This document shows positions 1 to 13,441 of a stretch of 64,000 nt of DNA, piece by piece. The translations under genes and the position numbers were made by a program. The DNA is from Epiperipatus broadwayi (taxonomy: Eukaryota; Animalia; Onychophora), in contig JAQFVV010000006.1 in the NCBI GenBank assembly GCA_028023455.1, positions 2,232,001 through 2,296,000 of the forward strand, read 5' to 3'. Every line of letters begins with the position of its first letter. Position 1 is the stretch's first letter. Under the pieces are notes generated by a model. The model was not told the origin of the DNA and made no database searches. It was given only the letters and a program-made list of their open reading frames with translations.

Positions 1-1733
1 CCTACATCTTTTGCCTAGGTATATAAATATGTGGACAGGGTCTCAACACAGGGTAACAATGCATACCATGAAAACAATCCTCTCTAGGGTTTAAAACTAC
101 ACTAGCTAAGCCTAAATAACCACAAGTATTAAAAATATAATCCTCTCATGGAATAAGCAATGGGGAGAGTACTTTATATCCTCCAAAGCATAATATCAAT
201 AAGACAATATTTACTACAACTATATGCTTCCCACATTGATCAAGCATAAATTCTCAACAAAACAATGACAAGATAAATAATTCTCACATTGAAAGTTAAG
301 CTTAAAAAATTCTTACATTAAATATTGTATGAAACCAACAAAAATGCTATTAGTCAAATGACTATAAAATATTTTAAATAGCATAATAAAATTTGCAATA
401 ATAAGAAATACACACATTCAATGGAAAAACATAAATTTTATATAAACTAAAGTAGATATACTAAAATTTAGTCAAATATTGAAAATATAAAACTAATAGA
501 TATCTGGTTATATGGAAAACTTTTGACATTCCAAATTAGGTTTAGCATAAAAACAGAATATATTATTATTTTTTCTAGCAATGCATATCTTTAAACTTAA
601 AAAATAATAAAAGTTATAAAAATTAAATTTGAAATAAAAATTAAATATTATATTTCTGGTTGAGAAGTGAGCAGACACAAAAAAAGAAAAAAATGGCAGC
701 ACATTTCTTGTCAAACATGCAGTGGAAATTAATAGCAGCACACATACATAATGACAAAACCCTCCTATTTATATCGATTATTTTGATAGATAGTTGATTA
801 AAAACATATAAAAATCAATCTGCCGTCTATTTCAGAAAATGTTTGTTAGTGCAAGGAACTAATTAACAAAAAATTACATCATTTTGCTCAATTCTTCTGA
901 TCACATGATAATTTTTAGTTGACCTCTTTTTTAAATTAAAAATATTATTTAATTAATTAAGAAATAAAACAATATAATAAATCACATTTATTATTTTAAA
1001 TTGTTACTTTGAATTTATAGAAGCTCTTTAAATTTGTTTATTTTTAACACCTTTATAAATAACTTACCTATTTGTATTTTTAAGTAAATTAATAATGTAG
1101 AATTAGCTTGACTTAACAAATAACTTAACAGATTAATATGCATGCACACAGTCATACACTCACATTTAGGAAGTTATTTATATCATTTTAAAATTTAATC
1201 TGTTTTGATAATTAACAGGCATTATTACTGATATGACATTATTTAAAAATAAACTAAATTAATTTAAATCAAATATTTTAAGCTTTAACAAATCAAACTA
1301 ACCCACCCAAATTATTAACAATTTGAAACCAATTTAATTATTATATTTTGATAGAAATAAATCGATAATACTAACTTTATTCAGACTTTTAATAACCAAC
1401 TTTATCTATTTTTCATTCAATACCAAATAAAACATAATATAGCATTAATTCTTACTTTAAAACACTTCTATTAAATATTAGAAATACATTTTAACTTAAG
1501 TGATTACAAATTATACTTTGTACTAATAATTACTTTACTACTATAAATTATATCAATAGAGATGAATTTATATAGCACTGTTTATATATTTTATTAGCAA
1601 AATAAATTTAATCATCTACTCTCATTTTATTTATTTATTTATTTTTTTAAAATAGCATGAACACATAACTTAAAAATAGTGAGGAACATTGTGCAAAAGC
1701 ACAGGTTCATAGTAAGTAATCATTAAAATCCAG

Positions 1734-1809
1734 TCAATAACAATTTCAAACAGTTGTCAAGGCCAACCTCCTTAACTTTGCCTTGACAACTGTTTGAAAT
1801 TGTTATTGA
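1734..1809. repeat. Perfect 30-bp-stem, 16-nt-loop hairpin made from the end of the dispersed ~332-bp repeat family
   Basis: tcaataacaatttcaaacagttgtcaaggc (1734-1763) is the exact reverse complement of 1780-1809. The same sequence occurs at ~15035-15080 and ~60710-60750. Confidence 0.85.
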
Positions 1810-2004
1810 TATTGGGATTGTTGAATAGATTGATCTAACATTCTGTTTTGTTGTAGTTTTATCTTTAGCTCATGTAATGATTTTTTATTCCGTATATATT
1901 TAAAATATCCAAATTTTAAATAATATCAGTCTTTTCTTTGATGTGTAGCTATATCCAATTTTATACTTAAAGTTTTTTTTTACATATGTAAGTATCGAAC
2001 TGTA

Positions 2005-2725
2005 TCATCATTATCATTATTTTAAACCACTATTAATCCACTGGATGAAGGTCTCTCCACGCTTAACCCTTTTTTTTTGTTCTCTAGCTTCTTCACATTT
2101 TCCAACAATCATCTTAATTTTGATTCATCCATCTCACCTGTGGTCTCTTTCTAGGTCTTATCTTGGAATCTAGTTTAATATTTTAATTGTCCACTTATCA
2201 TTTTTTCTAGCAATATGTTTAGTTCAGTTCCACTTCAATCTTTTAATTCTTTAAGTGATGCCAATAACACCTGTTTGTTCTTTCACCCATATATCATTTT
2301 CACTCTCTTCCTATTACTCCTAACATACATCACTCCATACTTTGTGAGTGGTTTGAAATCTCTGTAGACAAGTAATTATTATTGTAAACATTTTGTATAG
2401 ATTTTATAAAATGCTTCTCTGTCTGTAATTTCTAATATCTTTTTTTATCACTCTTTTTTAAATCTTAATATTAGTACTGCATTCTTTCAATAATCTGCAC
2501 ATCTTTTATTATTTAGACATTTAGTTTATAACCTTATCAATATTTTTTTATTTCTTCACCTGTTTGTCTTAAGATATCGATTATAATTTCATCATTATTT
2601 GGAGCTTTTTCCTTTTTCAAAGATTTAATTTCATGCATCACTTCTTCATTTAAAATTCTGGACAATTCAGATGTAATAATTGTAGGGGATACTTGTTTTT
2701 TATTGCTAGATAATTTTTTATAGTT
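2005..2725 (-). mobile_element. Decayed RTE-clade LINE: 3' end plus a separate RT N-terminal fragment
   Basis: Minus-strand translation gives ..WVKEQTGVI..RIKRLKW..HIARKNDKWTIKIL..IPR and the RTE-type end GGAGAGACCTTCATCCAGTGG plus an ATG/ATAATG tail. 2560-2720 reads ILNEEVMHEIKSLKKEKAPNNDEI. Many stops and frameshifts. Confidence 0.75.
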
Positions 2726-2734
2726 TTAAATGCA

Positions 2735-2910
2735 ATAAGCCGAAAAGAATCATTCTTTGCAATCTCCAGAAAATGGTCTATATGAAAGAAAACTTTGAAT
2801 AAATTTTGCATAAATTACTGTCAAGCTTCGATTAAAATCTCAATGTAAAGGAACACTCCCAAGATAGGCTATGAATATGGAGACCTAAGTTCCCCGAAAG
2901 CACTAATCCT
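2735..2910 (+). mobile_element. Penelope-like element 3' fragment (end of GIY-YIG ORF plus variant hammerhead)
   Basis: Reads ISRKESFFAISRKWSI*, homologous to INRKE*CFSISKKWAV at ~19570. It is followed by GGCT-ATGAATA-T-GGAGAC-ctaa-GTTCCCC-GAAAG-CA-CTA-ATCCT (2865-2910). Confidence 0.55.
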
Positions 2911-3455
2911 TAAAAAAAAATTTTTAATAATAGTAAGCTTCACTTTTTTTGCATAAAGTGCAATTTAAAACTTACCACTCGAAGGTGAAGTAAAAACAAG
3001 GATTTTATTTTAATAATTGTTTATAGCTTATTTTTCATGATGGCATGTTTCTTTTTGGTAATAGTAATATCTTTTCTTATTGCCATACTAAGTTTTTTAC
3101 CAATACCAAGATGTTGTTTTACACTTTTGAATCTTTTATTTTTTTCTATAGGTTTCTTTGCTTATTCACAATTATATTCCCTTATATCATTATTAACTCT
3201 TTCATACTGTTTTACAAAAATTATAGATATTTGATCCTTCTTGATGGATTATTTTTATATACTTGCATTTTTTTCTCATATCCTCATATAGATCAGTAAA
3301 TAAATAAATATCTCAAAAATTAAATCCTGTATTATTTTACGAATGTGTTATAATAAATTAATCTGGTTTAGCACATTAACCTGATTTATAAGTAGGAGCG
3401 CTTATATTTATATGTATTAAATATATACTAATAACAAAATAAGTATAATATAAAA

Positions 3456-3805
3456 TATTCTCCTTAATTAACACTTTACAATGTAATTTTAACATGTGAT
3501 TTATTTCTTTTTGCTTACAGTTTTAACTACCCTGCAGTCATCATCAGATCTACAATATTTAAACATACAATTAATACCTAAATATATTTATATGGTTAGG
3601 TATTAATTGTATGTTTAAATATTGTAGATCTGATGATGACTGCAGGGCAGTTGAAACTGTAAACATATATATATATATGGTTAGGTATTAATTGTATGTT
3701 TAAATATTGTAGATCTGATGATGACTGCAGGGCAGTTGAAACTGTAAACAAGAAGAAATAAATCATATGTTAAAATTGCATTGTAAAGTGTTAATTAGGG
3801 AGTAA
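3456..3805. mobile_element. Fold-back element with HHR motifs; inner right arm tandemly duplicated (85-bp period)
   Basis: The left arm 3456-3580 is the reverse complement of the right arm. CTGATGA-T-GACTGC-agg-GCAGTT-GAAAC-T-GTA occurs at 3630-3661 and 3715-3746 (+), with a decayed copy at 3515-3547 (-). Confidence 0.7.
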
Positions 3806-3822
3806 ATAGTATATTATATATA

Positions 3823-6800
3823 TATTGAAGCAGTCAATCTTAGCTTAAGACTGAGCTTCATGGGTCAAACCCTATATCCTATCCCGCTCCTTTTGATGTG
3901 CAATAACATTTTATTATTATTAATTTTATGATTATTAATTCTTTTTATTAAAATACATTGGTGCGGCTCAGATATATATATATAGTATAGGAGCAAAAAT
4001 ACTAACAAAATATTGATTTTTTAATATATATTTTATTATACGTCATTTTAAAACTTTTTCTGTTTAAATTGTTTTTCCTATTAAAATGTATATTTTATAA
4101 AATCCAAGTTGGAAGATGCAACTGTTAATTGTCCAAAAATAATTAAAGGGTTAGAAACACTTGTTTTAATCTGGGGAAGGTATTTTTAATTAAAGTTTTT
4201 ACTTAAAATAAAATGGGGATTAAGATTAAAGATTTTTTTTTTGTTATAAACATTTTTGTTAAATCTATTTCTAATCTGAAAATAGATTTAAATTTATTTT
4301 GGACGTTATCTACTGTTTCATCTTCAAAAACAATTGATAAAGAAAAGATAAGAATTTTCAAGATCAGAGATTAGATTTTAAGCTAAAACTAAGTAATTAA
4401 AAGCATTCCAGAAATACCTGGGCAGGAGTATAAAATGGCCGATTTTAAATCACCAACAGTGTAGCTACTAATGAGAGAACAGATTAGCTACATCTAAGAT
4501 AATGATAGAGTAGATGCCAATCATCTTTCAGACCCTTTTGGGTCTTTTTTCCCCTAATGTACCATCTAACTGCTGCCCTGAAATGAAATAAAAAGCCCGA
4601 CTGGAGAATTGTGGAGTGCTGAATAAAAGCTTGCTGTTATTTAAGAACCAATTGTCATGCATGAGCAGACTTTGAAATATGAACTCTTAAAATAGTGCAA
4701 AGTAAATTTTCAAGCTGCAAGTAAAGCTAGTCTGACTAATCTCAAACTCTTATTATCAAGACTTCTTCTAATGAATTATTTAACTTTATTTCTAATATAA
4801 TATGTAAATTGCTCTTAAGTAATTTTTATAAATTTAATCCTATCTCATATGCTCTAACCTTCTTTAATTTTGGTATGGTGATTTATTTGTAGTTATTTAA
4901 TATTTGATTTTATATGTCTATTTTAGTTATTAATATGCCAATCTCAAGCAATCTGACGAGTCGAATTTTAAGTAAACTTTCATGAATCAAGGTTATTAAC
5001 GTCCCTTAAAACAAAGCATTATTAATTAATACGCTTGCCAGATTGTTTTTTTTTTACGAGTCAACATTTTGTTTATGTTTTAGTATAAAAATGTATTTGT
5101 TTAACTCTGGATTTTATACCCGGGGAGAATCCAGAACTTTGGCTAATTAATGCTCTGAAACTTATTTATTTTATAATTATTTATTCAATTCTGAAAGGGT
5201 GACATTATTTGTTTTCTATATAACTGCTAGTTTTTTTTATATACTCTTTTAGTTTTTTTTATACACTCTTAAAATATAAAATACAGTACTTAAATATTCC
5301 AGTTATTATAAAATCAATGAAGGTGGGATTGATTTATTTTAAGTAGCAGAAAAGGAGGGGTCAAATCTTAACATATATTTTATTAAATGAAATCTAAATC
5401 TCTCTCTATATATATTCTAGTGGCATAGCATATTATTTATATAAATTATGGCATTCAAACAAGGGTCATCTATTTTAAAGCAGTAAATTATATTTCATGT
5501 CATTAGTGACATTCATCCGTACTGCGTTACTGATATTTGGCTCATCTTCATGAATTATATGTATAATACATGCTTGTAATCTAATCTGGGGGTTGCGACA
5601 AGATTGAACCCATAGATTTCTCATTATGTCCTGTCCCATGGAGACTTATTCCGTATAAAAAGGCCTCTGGCAGTGATTCCTGTAAGTCTGACACATGCTA
5701 TGCATATTCATTTCTTTGTAGAAAAAGGCCACACCATGCCTATCCACTTTTCTCTAAGCACTGCCCTAGAAAAGGGGGTGGTAGATTTCGTTTTTTTGTC
5801 CAGAAGCACAACCTTATCCTTGAGTTCTCTGCCTATGTCGGTACCGCCTCTTATTCATATTATTATTTCTTTTGCTTATGACCTAATTTTAGTGCTGTAA
5901 TAGTATTGAAATTGTGTTCTGTTCAAAATATATATATATGCCAAATAGTACTAGCTAGATTAATTACTAATATTATTTTAGTTTTATTATACAATCCCAC
6001 CATCTTAATTTATTTCTTGATTTAAGAGTATTTGCCGTGGCTAAAATAAAGCGTTCTTTTTACCAGTGCTAATTAAAAGAATTTTCATTAAGTATTTGAT
6101 CATATAATCAAATAATGACATGGAAATAGTTTATATTATATCTGTAATGAATCTCGGAATGCTCCCCGAAATAATGTTAGTCACCATGTTTTAGAATCAT
6201 AACCCGAAGCGTTAATAGCAATTTTATGTAAATTCTTTCTAATCATATATTGGCATCTTAATATTGGATCCACCAAAGATGTGTGTTTATAGTATATGTT
6301 GTTTAATTAATAAAAGAGCATATGAGAAATATAATGTGAATGACAGTATATAATTATCTATCATTTGGTAGATCACTTGCTCATTCACGCACATACTAAT
6401 GTATGCAATTAATTTATAAATGTATGTAAATAATTTGTCATTATATTAAACTAATATTTATTGCTTAACTTGTTTGAGTAGTGTGAATGCCTTTTTTTCC
6501 ACTTCCAAATGTACAGTCATGCGTAGACATATTTTAGTTAAATCATAGTTAATAGATGTCTCATTGTCGTCTCCCCTCTGCTAATGGACCGGATTAAGAA
6601 TTAATTCTCATGTGCCATCACTATTATGTTATGTATTCATTAGGTGTTTGATCTGGGGCTTATGGAGTTGGTTCGAATCCAGCTTGGTCCCTGACCTAAA
6701 TCTCAGGCTTGACTGGGTTTGAAGTACATTTGTGAGTTCCATCTCATGTTAGATGGATAAACGTAATTTGACCGGTACATAGGATTCCTTAAAAAAAAAA

Positions 6801-7075
6801 TCAATATTTTGTTAATATTTTGCTCCTACGCTATATATACATCTTAGCCGCACCTATGTATTTTAATAAAAAGAATTAATAATCATAAAATTAATAATAA
6901 TAAAATGTTATTGAAAGTTAAAATTTATAAATTTTTAGGTGTGCGTCTCAGATATACACATAATATATATATATATATACACGACAAAAGGAGCAGGATG
7001 GGATATAGGGTTTAAACACAGGTTAGTAGATAGACCCATGAAGCCCAATCTTAAGTAAGATTGACTGCTTCAATA
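3823..7075. mobile_element. Pair of long inverted repeats (3823-4022 and 6795-7075) enclosing ~2.8 kb
   Basis: About 200 bp of clear reverse-complement similarity, e.g. tattgaagcagtcaatctt.. / ..aagattgactgcttcaata. Both outer ends abut (AT)n. No transposase was recognised inside. Confidence 0.5.
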
Positions 7076-7412
7076 TATATATAATTAATTAATGCAATAA
7101 AGGAGAAGTGGAAAGAAATTTTAATACTTCAGCAAAATACGTAAAGATAAAATAAAATCATTTTGAATGAAAACAAACATATAATGATCAGTATTACATT
7201 AGGTTACTGATTAACAAAAAGATCTTAATTAAAGTAGCCCTAACTATTATTCAGAAGTTTATAACCCTACAATATATTATAAAATATTTGTTTTTTTAAT
7301 ATACAGATTCAGAGGCATAAAACAAGTATTTACAACAAAATGGCTGCCAAGAAGCAGTGGTATTTAATATTTACATTTTTTTAATTATTATTTTTGGTAT
7401 TTATTAATTAGC

Positions 7413-9132
7413 CACTGTACAGCACTTGGTGGCACTGTTTCTGTGTAAAAACACAGAATAATAATGTTTACATGGTTGAACCTACAGCTAATACACCACT
7501 ACAATTGTAGTAGCCATTTATGTGGCCAATCTTTCCGCATCTGAACCTATGGCTAATAAAGAAAACTATGATCATAATAGCCATGCAATTGTGCCTCATG
7601 GCCTCACCTCCTATGCATATTGACAGAATTTGTATTTTCGCTAGCATTTAAGATGAGGGTATGTGTAGTGGAATGTTTTTCAGCTGTTTATCTGTTGATG
7701 AGAATGGTTTTTGGTAGACCCCAACTGACATGTTTTTACATACTAGTAATTGTCAGCATATCATCAAGATTTCTCTACATATTTTTGGTTTGGTTTAAAT
7801 TTGGAAAGGGGTCTGCCACAGGACAATTGCAGGTGTTCATGAAAAAGTAGCATTTTCACGTGACTCGTGTGAGAATAACAAAATGGCTGAAGGCAGTAGC
7901 ATATTCTTTCAACTGTGGGACATCCCAAACACAGAAAGTGACACAGTTGGCTTTCCACAGGGCCAAAACATCTTGCCATGTGTCATTCAATGTGTGTATG
8001 TGGCAAATGTAGGACCCTTAGATTTCAACACACTTGGCAGTTTGTATGCTACTCATGTAGCTGCAGGTGAACCATTACATTCTTAATTCTAATCATATGT
8101 CATTAATAAATTTATTGATTCAATGAATCTGTTTTGTGGTTGTGATTATTTTGTGTAAGTCAATTAACACCCAGCCTGTCAGTGTTGAAGGGTAGGAGGT
8201 TGGGGAATGTAAGATGGCCTAAAGAACAACAGCTGAAAAGTGTCCATTTGTTTGAGTATTTTATTAGTATAAATTAAACATGCTTTTTTGGGGAAGAGAA
8301 TTTACTATTTTGATTGATATATATATATATTTTTTAAAAAAAAAACCCATTTAATTTATAAACAATACAGCTTTTTATAAAACGTACTATAATTAAAAAA
8401 ATATTTTAAAAAAAGAAGACATGTTACATAATGTCAAAAAAACAAAAGACATATATGTTCTAAAAAACAAAAGCTTTTTATAAAACATGTACTATAATTA
8501 GAAAAAAAAAGGGACATGTCACATAATGTGAAAAAAAAAAACCTATTTGTTATAAAATTAATAAAAAGGCATCTTGTTTTAAAAGAAAAAAAGAAGGTAC
8601 ATTTTGAACAAAAATATATAGTTATTATTTAACAAAAAAGCCTGCATTTTTAAACCAAAAAAAAAAAAAAACAACAACAGAAAACTCTCCATTATAATGT
8701 ACATTTTGCTGCAAAAAAAAAAAAGCCATATGAAAAAATACCGTATATTTGTAAAAGTTGAGAACAAAAATAAATACTTGTCAAGCGTTGTTAGCCGAGA
8801 GGTCATCGCACTTGCCTTGCAAGCAAGAAGTTGGTTGCAGACAGTTGTGGGTTTGTGTCTCGACCGATGCTATGACATATGGGGGAAAAAAAAAACTAAT
8901 TAACAACAAAAGACCTTGCATTTTTTAACAACTATAAAATAAAAAAAGGCTCCATTATAATGTGCATTTTCTAGAATTAACAAAAAAAAGCCATATGAAA
9001 AAATACTGTATATTTGAACCAAAAAAGAAACCGTATGGAAACACCGTATATTTGGAAAAAAATCGACAGGCCCAAGAACATTATATCACTATGTTTTTAA
9101 AGAGAAACAGTGCCACCACCCAATGTACAGTG
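7413..9132 (-). mobile_element. Non-autonomous DNA transposon with ~55-bp imperfect TIRs (CACTG..CAGTG) and a possible hAT-like C-terminal remnant
   Basis: 7413-7469 and 9077-9132 are inverted repeats. The minus strand at ~7960-7860 reads DVLALWKAN..PQLKEYATAF, resembling a hAT dimerisation domain. No clean TSD. Confidence 0.4.
8780..8895 (+). mobile_element. tRNA-derived mini-SINE, copy 1 (loop CTTGCAA, expanded variable region)
   Basis: Starts GTCAAGCGTTG, ends CCGATGCTATGACA plus A-tail; near-identical to the copy at 11.1-11.2 kb. No TSD seen; it lies between two ~130-bp direct repeats (~8630-8750 and ~8900-9015). Confidence 0.8.
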
Positions 9133-11099
9133 TATAATTAACAAATACCTTATATTTTGTATGAAGTCAACTTACTAATATAAAAATTAAAAGACATAGC
9201 CAATGTAAAGTGTCATATCGCGTACATTAACGCGGACTTCAACTTACTAATATAACAATAAAAAAATATGAAATGTAAAGTGCCATATTGTGCCCATTAA
9301 CACAGATGTTTTAGGAGATCAGAATTCCATACCTTTGGAGATTGTCCCTTACATGTTGCTCTGCAAAGGAAGATACCAATCTTTCATCATTTTTCCAAAA
9401 TGGTAGTAACAAAAATAAAGATGCTGAATGTCAACCAACAGCAACAATGTTTAGAGTGTGTTATAAATTTTAAAAAAAATTGAAATGAAGTCTTTGAATG
9501 GAATTTATAATCGATTTATTATTTTTTTAAAAACTTAATAATTAATGCATATTTGGTAAAATAAAATTGAAAAAAAAAAAGAAATACTTGTATATGCCAC
9601 TGAAACTGTATATTTAAAAAAAAAAAAGACTCCCGAACTTGGTAGATAAGATAATGCACAAATACCTGTTTTAAATGTCAAGATTGAATAATAATAACCT
9701 GTGATAATACAGAAAATTCCCTACTTGTATAAATAGTTTGCTACACAATTTTTATGCAATTCGATTCATATATAATTTGAGAGTTATACATCTTTATTGC
9801 AGTAATGTTTTAAATGTGTATATTTTTAGTGATCATAGAGTTCATATATTAAAAATTTTTCTATAAAATTTGTATTATTTGAAACATCAAATTCTTAATC
9901 TTTTTACTGTTCATTTTTAATTGTTATGGTGAGCTATTGTTTTTTTTTTTATTTTGTTTTTTTTTAATGAAAGAAAACTTATTCTTAATTGACATCTTTA
10001 TATTTTTGAACAATTTTGTTTAAAAAAGAAAAAAGAATAATGAGCAGAAATAACTGGTCAAACAAAGGACTTTATTTTTGATGACCAGGCAAAAAAATAT
10101 ATTTTTAGTAAAATAAAAGTTTTCCATAAATTTCTGCATGAAGTAGTAATATTTTTAGCAGCAGGCTGTTTCTATTTGGCATCAGTACATTTTCAGTTCA
10201 TTAATTTTCTACTAAAAAACTATTATATTCCAAAAAACCTAAATGAACGCCTCAAATGATTATTAAGAAACAAATATTTGATAATTTCCAATAAAGCAAA
10301 TTATTCAGTGACAGTATACTGACATCTATGTGATATAGTTGGAACTAAAATCTTAAACAATTTCTAACCACTAAAGCACCTATAGCCTTTTTTACATTCA
10401 AGTTTTTAGCATCAAATAAGCATCATCGATAAACCAATAGCACCAACCCAATTTCTCATCACAAATAATGGAAATGTTAGTAGTATTTAAAATAATGGAT
10501 ACCTTATCGTTAATTATTATATAATGAATGAAGTATATTCTACTGCAAAATGAATTCAAGAAAATGCAAAGAATTTAAGAAAAATATAAATGTATATATT
10601 TTGTACAGCAAATTGATTTATTCGTCTATTCAACTTTGAATGATATAAAGAGATAAATTGATGAATATTTTTTCTTTACATACTACTAAATTGGACTATT
10701 ATCCGCTATGAATGATATGTTGTATTTAGAATATTTTGCGCAGATTTTATAAACTTTGTATACATCACATTTTTTTTTACATAAATATGGATTTATGTAT
10801 GTCAAATTTACATGAAGTTTGGTTCATTCTCATTTCATTTTATTTATATAAGAAATGTACAGTGATAAATTAATTGTTAATAAATAAAAGTCTTTCTGTT
10901 ATTTTTATGGAACCGTTTCTAATACTTGTTTATAAATAATTTTATTTCTATAAAATAATGTATTAATAATAAGAGATTTAATATAAGTAATGGAGCAATT
11001 TTTAATCGGCATTTTTAGACAGCCTCTGTGAAAAAATAATGCATAAGTCCTAACTTACAATGCTTTCCAGTTATAGCATTGTATAAGTTTCATTAAGTT

Positions 11100-11212
11100 T
11101 TTTTTTTTTCCATATGTCATAGCATCGACCGGGAGGTGAACCCACAACCGTCTGCAACCAACTACTTGCTTGCAAGGCGGCTGCGATGACCTCTCGGCTA
11201 ACAACGCTTGAC
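11100..11212 (-). mobile_element. tRNA-derived mini-SINE, copy 2, with 15-bp TSD
   Basis: TSD aagtttcattaagtt at 11085-11099 and 11213-11227. Poly-T on + is the A-tail. A-box-like TTAGCCGAGAGG and B-box-like GGTTCACCTCC on -. Confidence 0.85.
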
Positions 11213-13441
11213 AAGTTTCATTAAGTTATTATCTTGTTTGCTGTAGAAATCTATTTGCTCACAAATGTTAGATGGTTAGCTGGATTATCAAAGCTCTCTT
11301 TTTCCTAAAAGGAAATCCTAAGCTTCATTAGAAATTTAAAAAAGCATTCTAAGTTTACTTAATCTTAACTCAGTATATAATGAAGGTAAAGATATTAGTA
11401 AATTTGCATACTATTTAAATTATAAGTTCTCTCTTCTTTACATCCATATTAGTATTATGAATACAACCCGGCCTGGTCAAAAGCAGTGCTAAGCTATAAA
11501 TATTTATAGGAATCATAAGTTTATAATCTTTTCAGCATAGCGGATCTTCGCTATATATTAAGTTACAAATGAATAATGAAGGGAAGAAGATAGATTGAGT
11601 TACTTGGTCATAATTGAATTTACAAAGTGTGACGGATTGCTCTACTACTGATGTCTGATGTACCTAATTGTTTTATTAAGAGAGGTAAAGCCATGATATA
11701 AGGTAATTATTTTGTTGATTGAGGATTGTTAAAGCCAGGTGAATTATTATTATACTAATTGTTTTGAATATATATATATATAGGTTGGAAAGGAAGAGAT
11801 GTTTGATTGTAAGCAAAACTATTGTCAATATCATAATTATTTAATATATTTAAATGAAGGTCATTTTAAAAATGGTATTGAGGTTAAAAGGGTTAACTTT
11901 TTAGATATGCCAATGCTATGGACATACCTCTTACTAGTGACTATTATGTTAACAAATTCTATAAAATTGCTTAATTATTTGGCAGTATCGTATGAAGAGT
12001 CCGCTACTGTTTTAAATTTATGAGACATTTGAGTGCCAGAAGTGGAATCAATTCACGGACCTTATATTCCTGTATCTGCCATGCTATTATTGCACTAACC
12101 CATATAGGGTAGTAAAATGAAAATTGATTTGATAAAACTAAGTGATTGGCTTCTTGGTAAGAGTAAATAATTGTTTTATAGACTAAAATATGATTTGAAA
12201 GCAAAAGGCTTGTTGAATGTTTTTGGAATATAGTTTTGTCTGGAGTAGAAATACAGATTAGGAAAAGAGAGTAAAAAGGGTCATGTTTTCCGTAGATGTG
12301 GATTTGTTAAAAAATGAAATGGTTAAGTTAGAAGATGATGTTTTTTGTTTTTTTTTACAATTTTATATTCTTTTTTTCATTTGTAAATTAAAATGTTCTT
12401 TACAGTTTAGCATAAATGAGAGACTAAACGATATACATTCCTGCATCTCAATCTACTTTATGATTGCTCGCGTTCAAACACCACATGACCCCGTAAGCAA
12501 CTAACAATTCTTTTTTTAAATGGTTAAAAAAGGATTTTGGCTATATACATAAAATACTTTCAGCTGCAAAATAAACTTCCTTTTCATAATTTGTTCAAAA
12601 TATCTGTGCCCTTATTATTAATAATGTTTACTGCTAATAAGTCTTAATTGTAATCATTCGCAATCAGTTTACCCACAATCCCTCCTGAGTTGATTCTGTT
12701 TAGAGAAGGCTCTGTTTTCTAGGCTGTTTTCTTTATCTCTTGGAAGTCAGATTATTTGCAATTCTTAATTGGAATGAAAAATGATCTTCCATTTCAAAAT
12801 CCTTGACGGGTAAACAAACAAACATAAATTAATAACAATAAAACTGCGGGTTTAAATTGATGATTAAAAAAAAGCATGAATATGATATTTAAATAAAAAA
12901 GAAAACTTTTAATTTACATTTTTTAATTCCAAATTTTGTAAAAAATATATATATCAACTTTGTTTCATTTTTAATTCTTCTAACAATAAAATAATATTTT
13001 GTTTAAAAAAGTATTGTGTAACGCGAAATAAGCAAATCCAACATTGTATATCGGTTTTTAAATATTCATTTATTAAATAACGGAATAATCATTTTACAAA
13101 TCTTTATAAAATGTAGCGTGGATAATTCATTTATAATGCAGTTAGGAAATTCTTTATAGCGGTATTAAATTATACAAAAAATAATCATTTTTTAAATATG
13201 TACGGTTTTTAATTTTATTATCTGTAAAGATTGTCACACAAACGACAGATATAATTTCTGTAGTCTTTTATTAATAGTGAAGCCGCAAACGAATATGGCC
13301 GCTGCAATTCCAAGACACAAAAAACAAAGCGATATTTAGTAAATAAATAATATTAATCCAATAAAGATGAACATTATTATTTCTATCATTTTAATGAGTT
13401 ATTTTCCAGAGACGACATTCTAGCCTGACTGAGAGACATGC

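Noticed and set aside
6146-6185. Third A3:U8-type HHR (ATGAATC..CCCGAAAT..GTC)
   Set aside because: A9 is changed, the stems pair poorly and there is no Penelope coding context.
7422-7436. 15-bp identity (gcacttggtggcact) between the 7.4-kb TIR and the family 1 end at 34.4 kb
   Set aside because: Too short, flanks unrelated, and only one of the two TIRs matches fully; treated as coincidence.
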